64,000 nucleotides of DNA from Candidatus Poribacteria bacterium (GCA_021295715.1 JAGWBV010000003.1:203043-267042), one strand, 5' to 3'. Positions 1-9,795 are shown, numbered from the stretch's first letter. The notes: generated from the sequence alone by a model not told the origin. Program-made: numbers and translations.

Positions 1-1
1 A

Positions 2-334
2 ACGAAAGAAGAACCTAAGGTAGAACCGGTAGAAGAAATACCGGATCCGACAATACCCGAATTTTCACCAGAGACACAAGGATTCGGAATTGAACCGGAA
101 ATAGAAGGATTAGAAACTGAACCACCGCCTCCCACGCCACAAATCCCGTTGGTCCTGTGGATAGCGACGAACAAAGATCTGTATACACATCACACTCGCT
201 CTGCGGATGTATGGGAGTACACAACGACACCCCAGATACTCACGGGTGAATTGATAGTAGATTCTCTCGTCGTGGTAAACAATAGAATCTGGTTAGCGAC
301 CTCTAACGGTTTAGCAACTATGAATGCTCAATAA
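2..334 (+). CDS. C-terminal fragment of a beta-propeller-like protein (5' end outside the window)
   Basis: Frame open from position 2: P/E-rich linker, then LWIAT and IWLATSNGL motifs typical of two-component-regulator propeller blades; stop at 332-334. Confidence 0.55.
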   Translation, partial: TKEEPKVEPVEEIPDPTIPEFSPETQGFGIEPEIEGLETEPPPPTPQIPLVLWIATNKDLYTHHTRSADVWEYTTTPQILTGELIVDSLVVVNNRIWLATSNGLATMNAQ

Positions 335-382
335 ACCTGTTCGCAAGCGTAAGATACGAAAACCGCAAGGTAAATTTATAAA

Positions 383-1219
383 ATGCAACCGACATCCACA
401 AAACTTATTACGCGTTGGGCAACTGGTGAACCCATCCAGGTCGAGGACGAGTTGGTTGTTGAGGAACCGCTTGAGATTCGGGTGGGACAACAGAGTTTGA
501 TCGTTGTGATGCGGACGCCCGGACACGATTTTGAACTCGCCGCGGGCTTTCTTTATACGGAAAGCCTCATCACTTCCGGTGATGACATCGAAATCATCGC
601 CTATTGTGATGAAGAAGATTCTGGGACGCAGTCGTCGGGTTTATCGTCGTTGCAGAATATTGTCAACGTTCGCCTTACGGAGGAACTGGACCTTGATGCC
701 GAATCAGGTTGGCAGCGGAATTTCCACGCAAATGCGAGTTGTGGACTCTGTGGCAAAATGACGATTGAATCCGTTAGACAGCAGGTATCGCCGTTGAATT
801 CCGGATTCCACACCAATCAAGAGGTATTCTATAAACTCAACGATCGGTTAAGAAAAGCGCAATCCGTTTTTGAAAAAACGGGTGGACTCCACGCCGCTGG
901 GTTATTCGATGAAAAGGGTGAACTCCTGATTATCAGGGAGGACATAGGCAGACACAACGCTGTCGATAAAGTGATCGGACACGCGTTACTATCTGACTTG
1001 GTGCCGCTTGATCGGTATATCTTGATGGTGAGCGGACGCGCCAGTTTTGAAATCGTCCAGAAAGCTCTGTTTGCGCGTATCCCGATTATCGTCGCCGTCT
1101 CGGCAGCATCTACACTCGCCGTAGATCTCGCCACAGAGGGTAACCTCACGTTAATAGGTTTCATGCGGGGGCAGAGCATGGCAGTCTATAGTTGTCCAGA
1201 ACGCATTCACTGTCAATAG
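383..1219 (+). CDS. fdhD: Formate dehydrogenase accessory sulfurtransferase FdhD
   Basis: EEPLEI, MRTPG, SCGLCG, TGGLHAA, EDIGRHNAVDK, SGRASFEIVQKA motifs. Confidence 0.95.
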   Translation: MQPTSTKLITRWATGEPIQVEDELVVEEPLEIRVGQQSLIVVMRTPGHDFELAAGFLYTESLITSGDDIEIIAYCDEEDSGTQSSGLSSLQNIVNVRLTEELDLDAESGWQRNFHANASCGLCGKMTIESVRQQVSPLNSGFHTNQEVFYKLNDRLRKAQSVFEKTGGLHAAGLFDEKGELLIIREDIGRHNAVDKVIGHALLSDLVPLDRYILMVSGRASFEIVQKALFARIPIIVAVSAASTLAVDLATEGNLTLIGFMRGQSMAVYSCPERIHCQ

Positions 1220-1336
1220 CGCACAAACGAAAAGGAGAGTCGGATAACTTTTGCTATCTTTTTGAGATGACGCGTCTCTATAGGGGTAAAAGGAATTCGG
1301 GCTTACAAAGCCCTCCTATAAAGGAGCAAAATTTTT

Positions 1337-1621
1337 ATGTTAAGCATTTTAAACGGCATCCAAGGGCTCGTCAATCTTCTATTTTTCGTAGCTATTGTTG
1401 GGACTTTGGTGGTCTCGTGGATATATGCCAGCCGGTTGAAGAAACAGTACGGTGCCGAGTTTCCGTGGAGCAAAACAGCCTCTATTGTCGGGATCGAAGT
1501 CCTACTTTGGATGGGATTTAACTTTTTCTGGGAAATTTTTGAAGCGTTCTGGCTGCCAATTACGATTGTCGCCATTATTGTTATTGTGCTTATCTCGCGA
1601 AAGAAAAGGAGATATGTATGA
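1337..1621 (+). CDS. Small membrane protein (about 3 TM helices)
   Basis: AAGGAG RBS; three hydrophobic segments; basic C-terminus. Confidence 0.7.
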   Translation: MLSILNGIQGLVNLLFFVAIVGTLVVSWIYASRLKKQYGAEFPWSKTASIVGIEVLLWMGFNFFWEIFEAFWLPITIVAIIVIVLISRKKRRYV

Positions 1622-1687
1622 GCAAAGTTAAGGGTGGTGTGCCTTGAACGCGCGCTACCCAAAAAATGAACCTAAGGAGTGCTAAAT

Positions 1688-2740
1688 ATGAGTCGGACAG
1701 GGAGAGCCGTGGTCGCGTGCGGCAAAGATTTTGAAATTCGTGAGTACCCGGTTCCTGAACCTGAACCTAACACGGTGCTGCTTCGTCAGGAGTTAGCAGG
1801 GATTTGCGGAACTGACCTTCACAACTGGCAGAACGGCTTCCAACAAGAAGTTTTACTCGGACATGAAAACGTCGGTATTATTGAGGCGATTGGTGAAGGC
1901 GTGGAAACCGATTATGTGGGTAAACCGGTTAAAGAGGGTGACAGGGTCATCTTCGCGCCGGGAACAAACTACGGTGCCTACGGCTTTCAGTGGAACCCAG
2001 ATGAGGCACCACATTTTCGCGGTGGGTTTGCGGATTATATGTATCTCAACTACCCGAATACATGCTTCATGAAGACCGATGCATCACCTGAAGTTGCTGT
2101 ACTCACAGAGCCGTTTACTGTCGGTGTTCACGCCGCAATGCGGGGTGAAATAAAATTGGGGGATACCGTCGTTGTGCAGGGTTCCGGTGCTATTGGGCTT
2201 GTGACGCTTGCGTGTGCGAAATTGAGCGGTGCCGCAAAAGCGATTATGGTCGGTGGACCTGCCGGACGATTGGAACTCGCGAAACGACTCGGTGCCGACG
2301 TAACGATTGACATTGAGGAGGTCACTTCTGTCGAGGAACGGACGGAACTCGTGAAAGCGGAAACGCCCCGTAAAGAGGGGGCAGATGTCGTCTTTGAATG
2401 CGCGGGTTTCCTTCCGGCAACGCCAGAGGGTTTGGGTTACACACGCCGTAGCGGGACTTTTGTTGAAGTTGGGCATTTTGTAGATATGGGTTCAATCGAT
2501 TTCAATATCAACCAATTGTTGATGCGCAAAAACCTTCGTGTTGAAGCTATTTGGGGAAGCAGTTACGAGCACTTCGTTCGTGGTTTACCACTCCTTGAAC
2601 AGAGCAATTTGCCGTTCGCCGACATGATTAGCCACCAACTGCCACTCTCACAGGTTGGGGACGGATTTAAGGCACTTGACGGCGGTTATCGTATTAAAGG
2701 TGAAACGGCGATTAAAATTGCGGTTCGGGCTGAAGAATAA
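1688..2740 (+). CDS. Zinc-binding (MDR) alcohol dehydrogenase
   Basis: GICGTD, GHE, GSGAIG motifs; start placed at ATG 1688 after AAGGAG. Confidence 0.9.
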   Translation: MSRTGRAVVACGKDFEIREYPVPEPEPNTVLLRQELAGICGTDLHNWQNGFQQEVLLGHENVGIIEAIGEGVETDYVGKPVKEGDRVIFAPGTNYGAYGFQWNPDEAPHFRGGFADYMYLNYPNTCFMKTDASPEVAVLTEPFTVGVHAAMRGEIKLGDTVVVQGSGAIGLVTLACAKLSGAAKAIMVGGPAGRLELAKRLGADVTIDIEEVTSVEERTELVKAETPRKEGADVVFECAGFLPATPEGLGYTRRSGTFVEVGHFVDMGSIDFNINQLLMRKNLRVEAIWGSSYEHFVRGLPLLEQSNLPFADMISHQLPLSQVGDGFKALDGGYRIKGETAIKIAVRAEE

Positions 2741-2815
2741 ACAAATTCAAGAAAATCGTGCGTTCAAGCGCATATAATGTGCGCTGGTATCGCGCGCCCA
2801 CAGGAGGCATAATTA

Positions 2816-3835
2816 ATGGCAAAAACGTATCGCGTCGGCTTCGCATCTCTTGTGCATGACCATGTATGGGGTGAACTTCGCCACTGGAAGGCACATCCAA
2901 ACGTTGAAATTGTCGCTGCAGGCGATGTCAATGCGGAATTACGCGCCCAATTCAGCGCAGAAGTCGGTATCGAGAATATCTATAACTCTTGGCAAGAAAT
3001 GGTGGAGAAAGAGGAATTAGATATTGTCCAAGCGGCCTCGGAAAACAATGCGGGTGCTGACATCGTCGAAGCGGCAGCGGCGAAAGGGATCCACGTCGTA
3101 TCCGAAAAGCCGATGGCTGCGCGACTCTCACAAGCGGATCGGATGCTTGCCGCAGCGGAGAACGCTGGTACCCTATTGATGGTGAACTGGCCCACCGCAT
3201 GGAGTCCCGCACTCAACACCGCAATGAACCTCATCAAAGATGGGGCGATTGGCGACATTTTCTATTTCAAATGGCGTTCCGCACATAATGGACCGATGGA
3301 AATCGGGTGCTCTCGCTACTTCTATGAGTGGCTCTACGATGAAGAGAAAAATGGTGCAGGTGCGTTGATGGATTACTGTTGTTACTGCGCCGATATGTGT
3401 GCCTACCTCCTCGGTCTGCCACAGCAAGTAACGGCGTTCCGCGGCACCTTTGTTAAAGACTATCCGATCCCTGACGACAACGCCGTCATCGTCATGAAAT
3501 ACGGCAATGCGTTTGGACTCACGGAAGCATCTTGGACCCAAAAGGTTGGCTATATCACACCGAATCCGGTAGTCTATGGCACGGAGGGCGCGTTGATGGT
3601 AAGCGGCAACGAAGTTCACCTGCATCCTGCAAATGGCGACGCTGAAGTAGTTACCCCTGAACCACTCCCAGAGGGCAAACGCAACGCCGCGGAATACTTT
3701 ATTCACTGCTTGGAGACAGGCGAACCGATTGAAGGTCTGTGCAGTGCCAAAGTGAGCCGTGATGCCCAAGAAATCCTCGAAGCGGGACTGGTGTCAGCGG
3801 ATAGTGGACAGGTTGTTAACTTGCCGATGTCGTAA
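2816..3835 (+). CDS. Gfo/Idh/MocA family oxidoreductase
   Basis: HVVSEKPMA and GAGALMD motifs; AGGAGG RBS. Confidence 0.9.
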   Translation: MAKTYRVGFASLVHDHVWGELRHWKAHPNVEIVAAGDVNAELRAQFSAEVGIENIYNSWQEMVEKEELDIVQAASENNAGADIVEAAAAKGIHVVSEKPMAARLSQADRMLAAAENAGTLLMVNWPTAWSPALNTAMNLIKDGAIGDIFYFKWRSAHNGPMEIGCSRYFYEWLYDEEKNGAGALMDYCCYCADMCAYLLGLPQQVTAFRGTFVKDYPIPDDNAVIVMKYGNAFGLTEASWTQKVGYITPNPVVYGTEGALMVSGNEVHLHPANGDAEVVTPEPLPEGKRNAAEYFIHCLETGEPIEGLCSAKVSRDAQEILEAGLVSADSGQVVNLPMS

Positions 3836-3888
3836 AGTATCACGGGTGCGGTTTCAGACCGTGCCCATAGGAACGTCAGGAGAAATTG

Positions 3889-4650
3889 ATGAGCAATAGA
3901 ATTCCAATAGCGTTACAACTATATTCCGTTAGAGATGATTGTGCAGGCGACCTATCTTTAACGCTCCAAGCGGTCGCACAGATGGGTTATGAAGGTGTTG
4001 AGTTTGCGGGTTACTATGATCGGACTGCCGAAGAATTACGCGGGATGTGCGATGACCTCGGATTGAAAGTTGCGGGGACGCATACAGGGATAAACACACT
4101 TCTCGGTGATGAACTCGCCAAAACGGTTGAATTCAACAAGGGACTCGGCAATCCGTATCTGATTGTGCCGGGACTCTCTGCGGAGTACCAAGGTTCGCAA
4201 CAAGCATGGCGTGAGACAGCAAAACTCTTCAACGATATTGCTGAAAAAATCGCTGATCAAGGGATGTTCACGGGTTACCACAATCACACAGGTGAATTCA
4301 CACCGATGGAAGATGAAGTTCCGTGGGATATATTCGGCGAGAACACCCGTGACGATGTCGTGATGCAAATTGACATCGGTCATGCCCTTCGCGCAGGTGC
4401 CGACCCTGTGGCGTATATTGAACGCTATCCCGGTAGATCGAAATTGGTGCACCTGAAAGAGTATTCACCTACGAATGACAAGGCAAACGTCGGTGAAGGT
4501 GAGATTCCGTGGGAGGCTGTGTTCCATGCCTGTGAAACCGTCGGTGGCACGGAGTGGTACATCGTTGAACAGGAAAGTTACGCCTATCCACCTCTTGAAT
4601 GTGCGGAACGCTGCATCGAAAATCTACGAAAGATGGGGAAAATTTCTTAA
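3889..4650 (+). CDS. Sugar phosphate isomerase/epimerase (xylose isomerase-like TIM barrel)
   Basis: LQLYSVR, GYEGVEFAG, YHNH, DIGH, HLKE, IVEQE motifs. Confidence 0.9.
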   Translation: MSNRIPIALQLYSVRDDCAGDLSLTLQAVAQMGYEGVEFAGYYDRTAEELRGMCDDLGLKVAGTHTGINTLLGDELAKTVEFNKGLGNPYLIVPGLSAEYQGSQQAWRETAKLFNDIAEKIADQGMFTGYHNHTGEFTPMEDEVPWDIFGENTRDDVVMQIDIGHALRAGADPVAYIERYPGRSKLVHLKEYSPTNDKANVGEGEIPWEAVFHACETVGGTEWYIVEQESYAYPPLECAERCIENLRKMGKIS

Positions 4651-4845
4651 TTATACCTTGCGGAGAAACAACGGACGTTTGAACGCTAACGTGCGTCCCT
4701 CAAATCCGTTTGCGTGTTTTTGCAATGTAATACAAGGAATGAATTTCGTCTATTCCCAGACTAAATCCGGTGTTTCTGCGTATTGTTGCAAGCTGCGTTT
4801 AAAAACCTTTCCGTAGATCCGCTTTCCACTTCGTTTCAAGCTGCG
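4647..4845 (-). repeat. REP-N38-tail element (extended copy with extra REP modules); tail overlaps the stop codon of the epimerase
   Basis: TTAATTATACCTTGCGG, 38-nt core 4664-4701, AAATCCG, then REP-like hairpin modules. Confidence 0.8.
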
Positions 4846-4853
4846 CGCTTTTT

Positions 4854-5612
4854 ATGCTAAAATCCAAAAATAGATTGACACCTAAAGGACAGCGACCTAC
4901 CAGTCGTTCCGATAGTGTTGAAACAGATCTTTTGCTCTGGTGGGAAGATTTTTATCTTCCCATTTTCGAGTACGTCCTCCCAAAAATTGGGAATCTGGAA
5001 GGGAAAAAGGTCCTTGAACTCGGTACTGGTACTGGGGGCACTGCGACGCTGCTGGCGAAACGGGGTGCCTCTGTTATCGGCATAGATTTACTGCCTTTTC
5101 GACTCGCTGAAGCGCAGGCGCGCGCAACAGAACACAACGTCGTTGAGGCGGTTAATTTTGCCCTGATGGACGCGACGCATCTCGCCTTTCCCGATAATAC
5201 CTTCGATTTTATCATTTCTAAATCCGTATTGGTTTTCACAGATCATCGGCAAACTGCGAAAGAATGCTACCGCGTTCTCAAACCGGAGGGAAAAGCGATC
5301 TTCATGGAAAACATGCGCCATCACCCGATGGTATGGTTGTATCGGAAAATGTTCCTGAAGTATTCGGGTAAACTGCGTTACTTTTCAGTGGGGGATATTG
5401 AAACCGTCGGTGCTGAATTTGAGAAGTTGGAGCATCGTGAGTTTCATCTCTCCGCCGTGAGCGCACTGTTTTGGCAGAAATGCATTTCTATCCCACTATT
5501 TTATCGGTGGAGCCTTCGCATCCTTAAAGTGATTGATACATCTCTCCTGAAATGCCTACCATTCCTCAAGCGATTCTGTTGGATTACTGCGATGATTTGC
5601 CACAGAGATTAG
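4854..5612 (+). CDS. Class I SAM-dependent methyltransferase
   Basis: VLELGTGTG, GIDL, FPDNTFDFI, RVLKPEG motifs; start uncertain. Confidence 0.85.
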   Translation: MLKSKNRLTPKGQRPTSRSDSVETDLLLWWEDFYLPIFEYVLPKIGNLEGKKVLELGTGTGGTATLLAKRGASVIGIDLLPFRLAEAQARATEHNVVEAVNFALMDATHLAFPDNTFDFIISKSVLVFTDHRQTAKECYRVLKPEGKAIFMENMRHHPMVWLYRKMFLKYSGKLRYFSVGDIETVGAEFEKLEHREFHLSAVSALFWQKCISIPLFYRWSLRILKVIDTSLLKCLPFLKRFCWITAMICHRD

Positions 5613-5694
5613 TGATCTGACATACTTCCATAGTTAAGTGCGTAGGATGGGTTGAACCATAGGTGTCAATTTAAGAAAAAACTGATCGTGGTAC

Positions 5695-5939
5695 CGTAGG
5701 TTGGGTAGAACGGATTCCATCAAACCCCGAAAAAGGCACAGAAAAATGGAAACTCGCCAGACACGCTATAGCCACCAGATACCGAGTGAAACCCAACGCT
5801 TTGGGGGGAGACTTCCGTGACACTGACCGCATGAAGTTGGGTTTCACTGTGTTTTTGAGAGTATAGGGTGTCTATCAAATTTCAGGTGTGTTTGGCACCC
5901 CGATGTTCGCCTTCTCAACACCGTTCTACCCAACCTACG
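5695..5939. repeat. Nested inverted-repeat element (REPIN/MITE-like, GTAG-type ends)
   Basis: CGTAGGTTGGGTAGAACGG (5695) / CCGTTCTACCCAACCTACG (5921-5939); inner GTGAAACCCAAC / GTTGGGTTTCAC. Confidence 0.75.
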
Positions 5940-6070
5940 GGCGCATTGTTCTTGGGTTCAACCCGGTTCGGTTAGGGAACCGAACCTATCGGGGTCTGGG
6001 TGAACGTCGCGTTTAATGCAATATAAACTTTTAGAAGTGGTATAGCATGGCGGAGAAGTCTTTGCCGTTG

Positions 6071-6865
6071 TTAGCCATGTTTCAGCCAATTGTCAAAAAG
6101 CGGTTTGAGCCGTTCGGGGAGACTTCCTAAAAAAGTGGGTTCGTTGAGCCATTCTTGACTGGTCGGACTCTGTGGATTTGGAGGTTCATTTTCCGAAGGA
6201 ACAGTGAGAACAGCATAGTGGAGCGTCTGCCGTTTTTTCCCAGAAAGGTTGTATCCTTTGTGGAGCAGGCTTGAATTGTAAAAGACGATGTCACCGGCTT
6301 TCAGGTCTACGACCCGTTGGTTCGGCATCGCTGCCTGTGGGGTTTGTCGTATGACAGCGCGCTCGGCATCTGTGAGTTCACGTCGATGGCTACCCGGGAC
6401 GATATAAAGGGTCTCATCGTCATAAAGCGCACCATTGAGTTGAACGTGGCTTCTGAGTCGACTACGGAGGGTTTCAAGTGGGACTTCCCCATCGGGAGCG
6501 GAATCTCGATGCCAATTGATGTGATACGGTTTTCGATCGGAACTGAGGAGAAGCGTGCAGAGGTGATACCTTAACCTTTGCCCAATAAGTGCTTCAATGA
6601 CATCTAATATCTGCGGATGTGCAAGCGCGCCGACGAGTGCTTGCTCGCGAATGCTTGGGTGAAAAATGTTATTGACCCCCCAGATGTCATCGCGTTCGCT
6701 ATCTATGTAGCGTAGGTGGTCGGCGTGTAGACCTTCAACACGGCATTTGTGGAGTATCCGATCGATAGCATTCCGATAGGTTTGGATGTCGGTTTCAGAG
6801 AGTGCGCTCTTACGAATAATATAACCATTTTCAACAAAGGCATCAATTTCTGAGTGGGTTAGCAT
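6071..6865 (-). CDS. Phytanoyl-CoA dioxygenase (PhyH) family protein
   Basis: F..NGYII start, WHRD, VPGSH, GDIVF...LLHKG motifs. Confidence 0.9.
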   Translation of the reverse strand: MLTHSEIDAFVENGYIIRKSALSETDIQTYRNAIDRILHKCRVEGLHADHLRYIDSERDDIWGVNNIFHPSIREQALVGALAHPQILDVIEALIGQRLRYHLCTLLLSSDRKPYHINWHRDSAPDGEVPLETLRSRLRSHVQLNGALYDDETLYIVPGSHRRELTDAERAVIRQTPQAAMPNQRVVDLKAGDIVFYNSSLLHKGYNLSGKKRQTLHYAVLTVPSENEPPNPQSPTSQEWLNEPTFLGSLPERLKPLFDNWLKHG

Positions 6866-6897
6866 CTTAGGTTTACCTCATGACATGGTAACAGTTT

Positions 6898-7284
6898 CTA
6901 AGTCGAATTGTCTGGACAGTAGAGGTCGTTAAACTCAATTTCGTTTCCATCCGGATCAAAGATGAAGAAAGCCCGACATTTACCGCGCGGGTCATCAAAA
7001 TCAAAAGGTCCGCGAGTCCGATATGGCAGAGAAGCGAACTGTTTGGTGAGTTGATTAATTCGATCGGTGTCCGTCACGAAGGCAAAGTGCATGGGTCCCC
7101 CTGCATCATGCCCGGGGCTTCCTGCTTCTTTGAGGACAAGATGTCCATTATCTAAGTAGATATAAAGCTGCCGATTGTTGCGCTCAAGAACTTCAAATCC
7201 GAGTAGATCTCGGTAAAACTCCGCTGCGCGTTCAAGATTGGCAACTTTAACGAAGACTTCTCCAATGCCGTAATAACCGTTCAT
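6898..7284 (-). CDS. VOC/glyoxalase family protein
   Basis: AEFYRDLLGF, HFAF, DPDGNEIEF motifs; GGAGG RBS before ATG at 7284. Confidence 0.9.
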   Translation of the reverse strand: MNGYYGIGEVFVKVANLERAAEFYRDLLGFEVLERNNRQLYIYLDNGHLVLKEAGSPGHDAGGPMHFAFVTDTDRINQLTKQFASLPYRTRGPFDFDDPRGKCRAFFIFDPDGNEIEFNDLYCPDNST

Positions 7285-7316
7285 AGCGTATCCCTCCGAC
7301 ACTACGGTATCTGGTA

Positions 7317-7356
7317 AACAAAAAGGCTCTGGATTGGTGAAATCCGGAGCCTCTTT
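7317..7356 (-). terminator. Rho-independent terminator after the LamG genes
   Basis: Minus-strand GGCTCCGGATT-loop-AATCCAGAGCC hairpin followed by TTTTTGTTT. Confidence 0.7.
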
Positions 7357-7375
7357 GTCTTAGGCTACTGATACC

Positions 7376-8221
7376 TTAGCGTTTCTTGATGTGTGCCCAT
7401 GTGGTAGCGAGTTTCCCCTGCGCTTCCACAGCAACGGCACCGAGAACTGCGCCACCAGCGAGTTCTTTTACTTCGTCTTCACTGATCGCACGTTCCCAGA
7501 AGTAGACCTCGTCAATCATGCCATCAATCCAGAAGTCGTTGCCAGCATTACCGCCGACTTGCCGTCCGACACCGAGTTCAACCGGACGCTCCGGGAACGT
7601 CAATAGTGGGGTCTCAATCGGTCTCGGATTCTGCTGTCCACTGGCGGGAACTACAGTATCACCGGTAACAGAGGAGGTTACATACGCTGTCGCTTCTTCA
7701 CCATTAACAACGTAAGCGACGTGAACCCATTCCTCTTCTGCGTAAACATTGTCAGTGGCAAACCAACCTTCGCTGCCTGCCCAGCAGCTGCCCCAGGTCA
7801 AATTTGCCTCGGACGTGGTGCACATTCGCACCATGAAGTGGTCACCCCAACCGACCTTGTCGCCTTTGAAGAACATCGCGGAGTGGTTCCTGCCCCCGCC
7901 TGTTCTGATGTAGAACCACAAGGAGACAGAGAAGATACCGTCCTCTTTTTCAAGGCTTGCGGAGGAAGGGATTGCGACATACTGTCCAGTGTCCTCGCCG
8001 GTTGCGGGATTCTCTGGATTCTCAACGTTAAGTGCCATACCGAATTCCGCGTTTATGGCACTCGCCCCGTTCACAAATTCGCCATCGTTACTTCCGATGG
8101 AATCGTTTGCCGTGCCATCGTCAAAGTTCCAAACAGAGACGAGACCATCTTCAAGCCCGGCGTAGCTATTGACACCGAGCATCATAAGTGCTAAAATGAA
8201 AAACAGACAAATGTGCTTCAT
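7376..8221 (-). CDS. Secreted LamG/concanavalin-like domain protein
   Basis: Signal peptide; LVSVWNFDDG, WVHVAYV, GMIDEVYFWERAIS motifs; C-terminus AVEAQGKLATTWAHIK. Confidence 0.85.
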   Translation of the reverse strand: MKHICLFFILALMMLGVNSYAGLEDGLVSVWNFDDGTANDSIGSNDGEFVNGASAINAEFGMALNVENPENPATGEDTGQYVAIPSSASLEKEDGIFSVSLWFYIRTGGGRNHSAMFFKGDKVGWGDHFMVRMCTTSEANLTWGSCWAGSEGWFATDNVYAEEEWVHVAYVVNGEEATAYVTSSVTGDTVVPASGQQNPRPIETPLLTFPERPVELGVGRQVGGNAGNDFWIDGMIDEVYFWERAISEDEVKELAGGAVLGAVAVEAQGKLATTWAHIKKR

Positions 8222-8310
8222 AATAAAGCTCCTTATCGTTTCAATTCTAACTTAGCGGGTTTGCGATAGAATCGCACGAACCCGCACTGTTTTTAGTTCC
8301 TCAATTGTAT

Positions 8311-9147
8311 TTAGCGGTAATGATGATAGGATTTGACCTTTCCCCAAGTGGTAGCTAATTTGCCTTCCGCTTTGACAGCCAGTGCCTTTTCTGGACGTGT
8401 GCCACTACCGAGTTCCTCGACTTCCTCTTCAGAGAGGGCGCGGTCCCAGATGATAACATCGTCGATGATGCCATCAAGGAATGTATCGTTGCCATCATTG
8501 CCCCCGATACCTCGACCTGCACCGAGTTCCAAAGGACGATCTTTGAACAGATTATAGGGTTCCGGTGCCAATTTTGGGTTTTGTTGACCACTCACAGGTA
8601 TTTCGGTTTTCCCGCCCTCTGGTGTTACGTATCCAATTGCCTCCTCACCATCTGCCGTCTGGCAGAGATGGAACCACTTATCGGTTTCAATGGCACCATC
8701 CGTGGCGAACCAATTTTCGGCACCGCCACTTGTTGTTCCCCACGTCAGACCGGTATCACTGGTTGTCACGATACGGAAGGTGAAGTTCGCACCCCAACCG
8801 ACCTTTGCGCCTTTCCAAACCCCAGAGTGGTTTCTTCCCTCGCGGACATAGAGCCAATAGGAGACAGTATGTGCTCCCTCAATTATTGACTCAAGATCGG
8901 CGTTAAATTCAATATCCGCCCGTGAATCTTGATTCCCATCAACATCCAACGCCTTCCCAAATTTGCCATCACCCGTGATTGTAGCTCCCTTGAAGAGTTC
9001 GCCGTGTGCATTCCCTATGGCATCCGTCACCTTTCCATCGTCAAAGGTCCAGGCAGCGATGACGCCATCATTTATGTCTGCGAACGCAGAAACTGAAACA
9101 CCGATCATTAACACAACGATAGCGAGTATAGAAATATATAGTTTCAC
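8311..9147 (-). CDS. Secreted LamG/concanavalin-like domain protein (paralog of the neighbouring gene)
   Basis: GTG start with GGAGG RBS; signal peptide; AWTFDDG, GIIDDVIIWDRALS motifs; C-terminus AVKAEGKLATTWGKVK. Confidence 0.85.
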   Translation of the reverse strand: MKLYISILAIVVLMIGVSVSAFADINDGVIAAWTFDDGKVTDAIGNAHGELFKGATITGDGKFGKALDVDGNQDSRADIEFNADLESIIEGAHTVSYWLYVREGRNHSGVWKGAKVGWGANFTFRIVTTSDTGLTWGTTSGGAENWFATDGAIETDKWFHLCQTADGEEAIGYVTPEGGKTEIPVSGQQNPKLAPEPYNLFKDRPLELGAGRGIGGNDGNDTFLDGIIDDVIIWDRALSEEEVEELGSGTRPEKALAVKAEGKLATTWGKVKSYHHYR

Positions 9148-9438
9148 TTTAATTGTCCTCCGTTAGTGGATTCTGGTAGCGAACAAACACCAACGAACCG
9201 TTTGAAGAAAAATTTGTAAGGTTGGCGTTATCCGCACCAACTTTATAATTCGGGCTGTCCAATTCGTCCATTTCTAAATTATAACGTGCGGACTGCCCAT
9301 AATAGATAGCGGTCTGACACCGCATAAGCATTCATCGTAGTGCGATTCATTACGCGTCCCAGTGATGATAAATTGTCCTGTCACATATACATCAAGAATG
9401 AGACGCAGTATTATCTAAAAAGAATTTAACGAAAAAAG

Positions 9439-9466
9439 TAAACTTTTTCCGCAAAAACTTGTCTAA
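9439..9466 (+). promoter_or_regulatory. Putative ECF-sigma promoter
   Basis: TAAACTT-N15-GTCTAA resembles the ECF consensus (GAACTT...GTCTAA). Confidence 0.45.
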
Positions 9467-9469
9467 TAA

Positions 9470-9640
9470 GTGAAAGCAAAACAGAGATGCCTCTTTGGAG
9501 ATTTACACAATCCCAGTAACCCAAGTTGCTACCTAACAGACAAGCACTTGGCAGTTTTGCTTTTCAATACCATGGGGGTTCCGTTGCAGTGTTTCTACCC
9601 GGGCACAGGCTAAAATACTGAGAAGGAACTCCCCGTGGTC
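9470..9640 (+). ncRNA. Candidate structured ncRNA with two domains
   Basis: TGAAAGCAAAAC/GTTTTGCTTTTCA closes a three-hairpin junction; CCATGGGGGTTCC/GGAACTCCCCGTGG closes a second domain; G-U pairs favour the + strand. Confidence 0.4.
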
Positions 9641-9756
9641 CCGATTATTTAGCGATTTACACACTTCGCGCCGACTTTTCATCCGACCCAGATACAAATT
9701 CAACTTGTAATATAAGAAATCTGACGCAGAAATGAGGGTTCACGCTCTATTAAAAA

Positions 9757-9785
9757 ACAATATGTTATATAACTATTTTTGTCAA
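9757..9785 (-). promoter_or_regulatory. Putative sigma70 promoter with a palindrome in its spacer
   Basis: Minus-strand TTGACA-N17-TATTGT; GTTATATAAC palindrome in the spacer. Confidence 0.4.
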
Positions 9786-9795
9786 GAAAAAAAAT

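Noticed and set aside
3173..3769. Long antisense/shadow ORFs (e.g. 3173-3769, 16285-16839, 52170-52754, 60515-61018)
   Set aside because: They lie opposite well-supported genes and have no motifs of their own
9470..9613. 47-codon GTG ORF across the candidate ncRNA
   Set aside because: No RBS and no recognisable protein features; base pairing explains the sequence better
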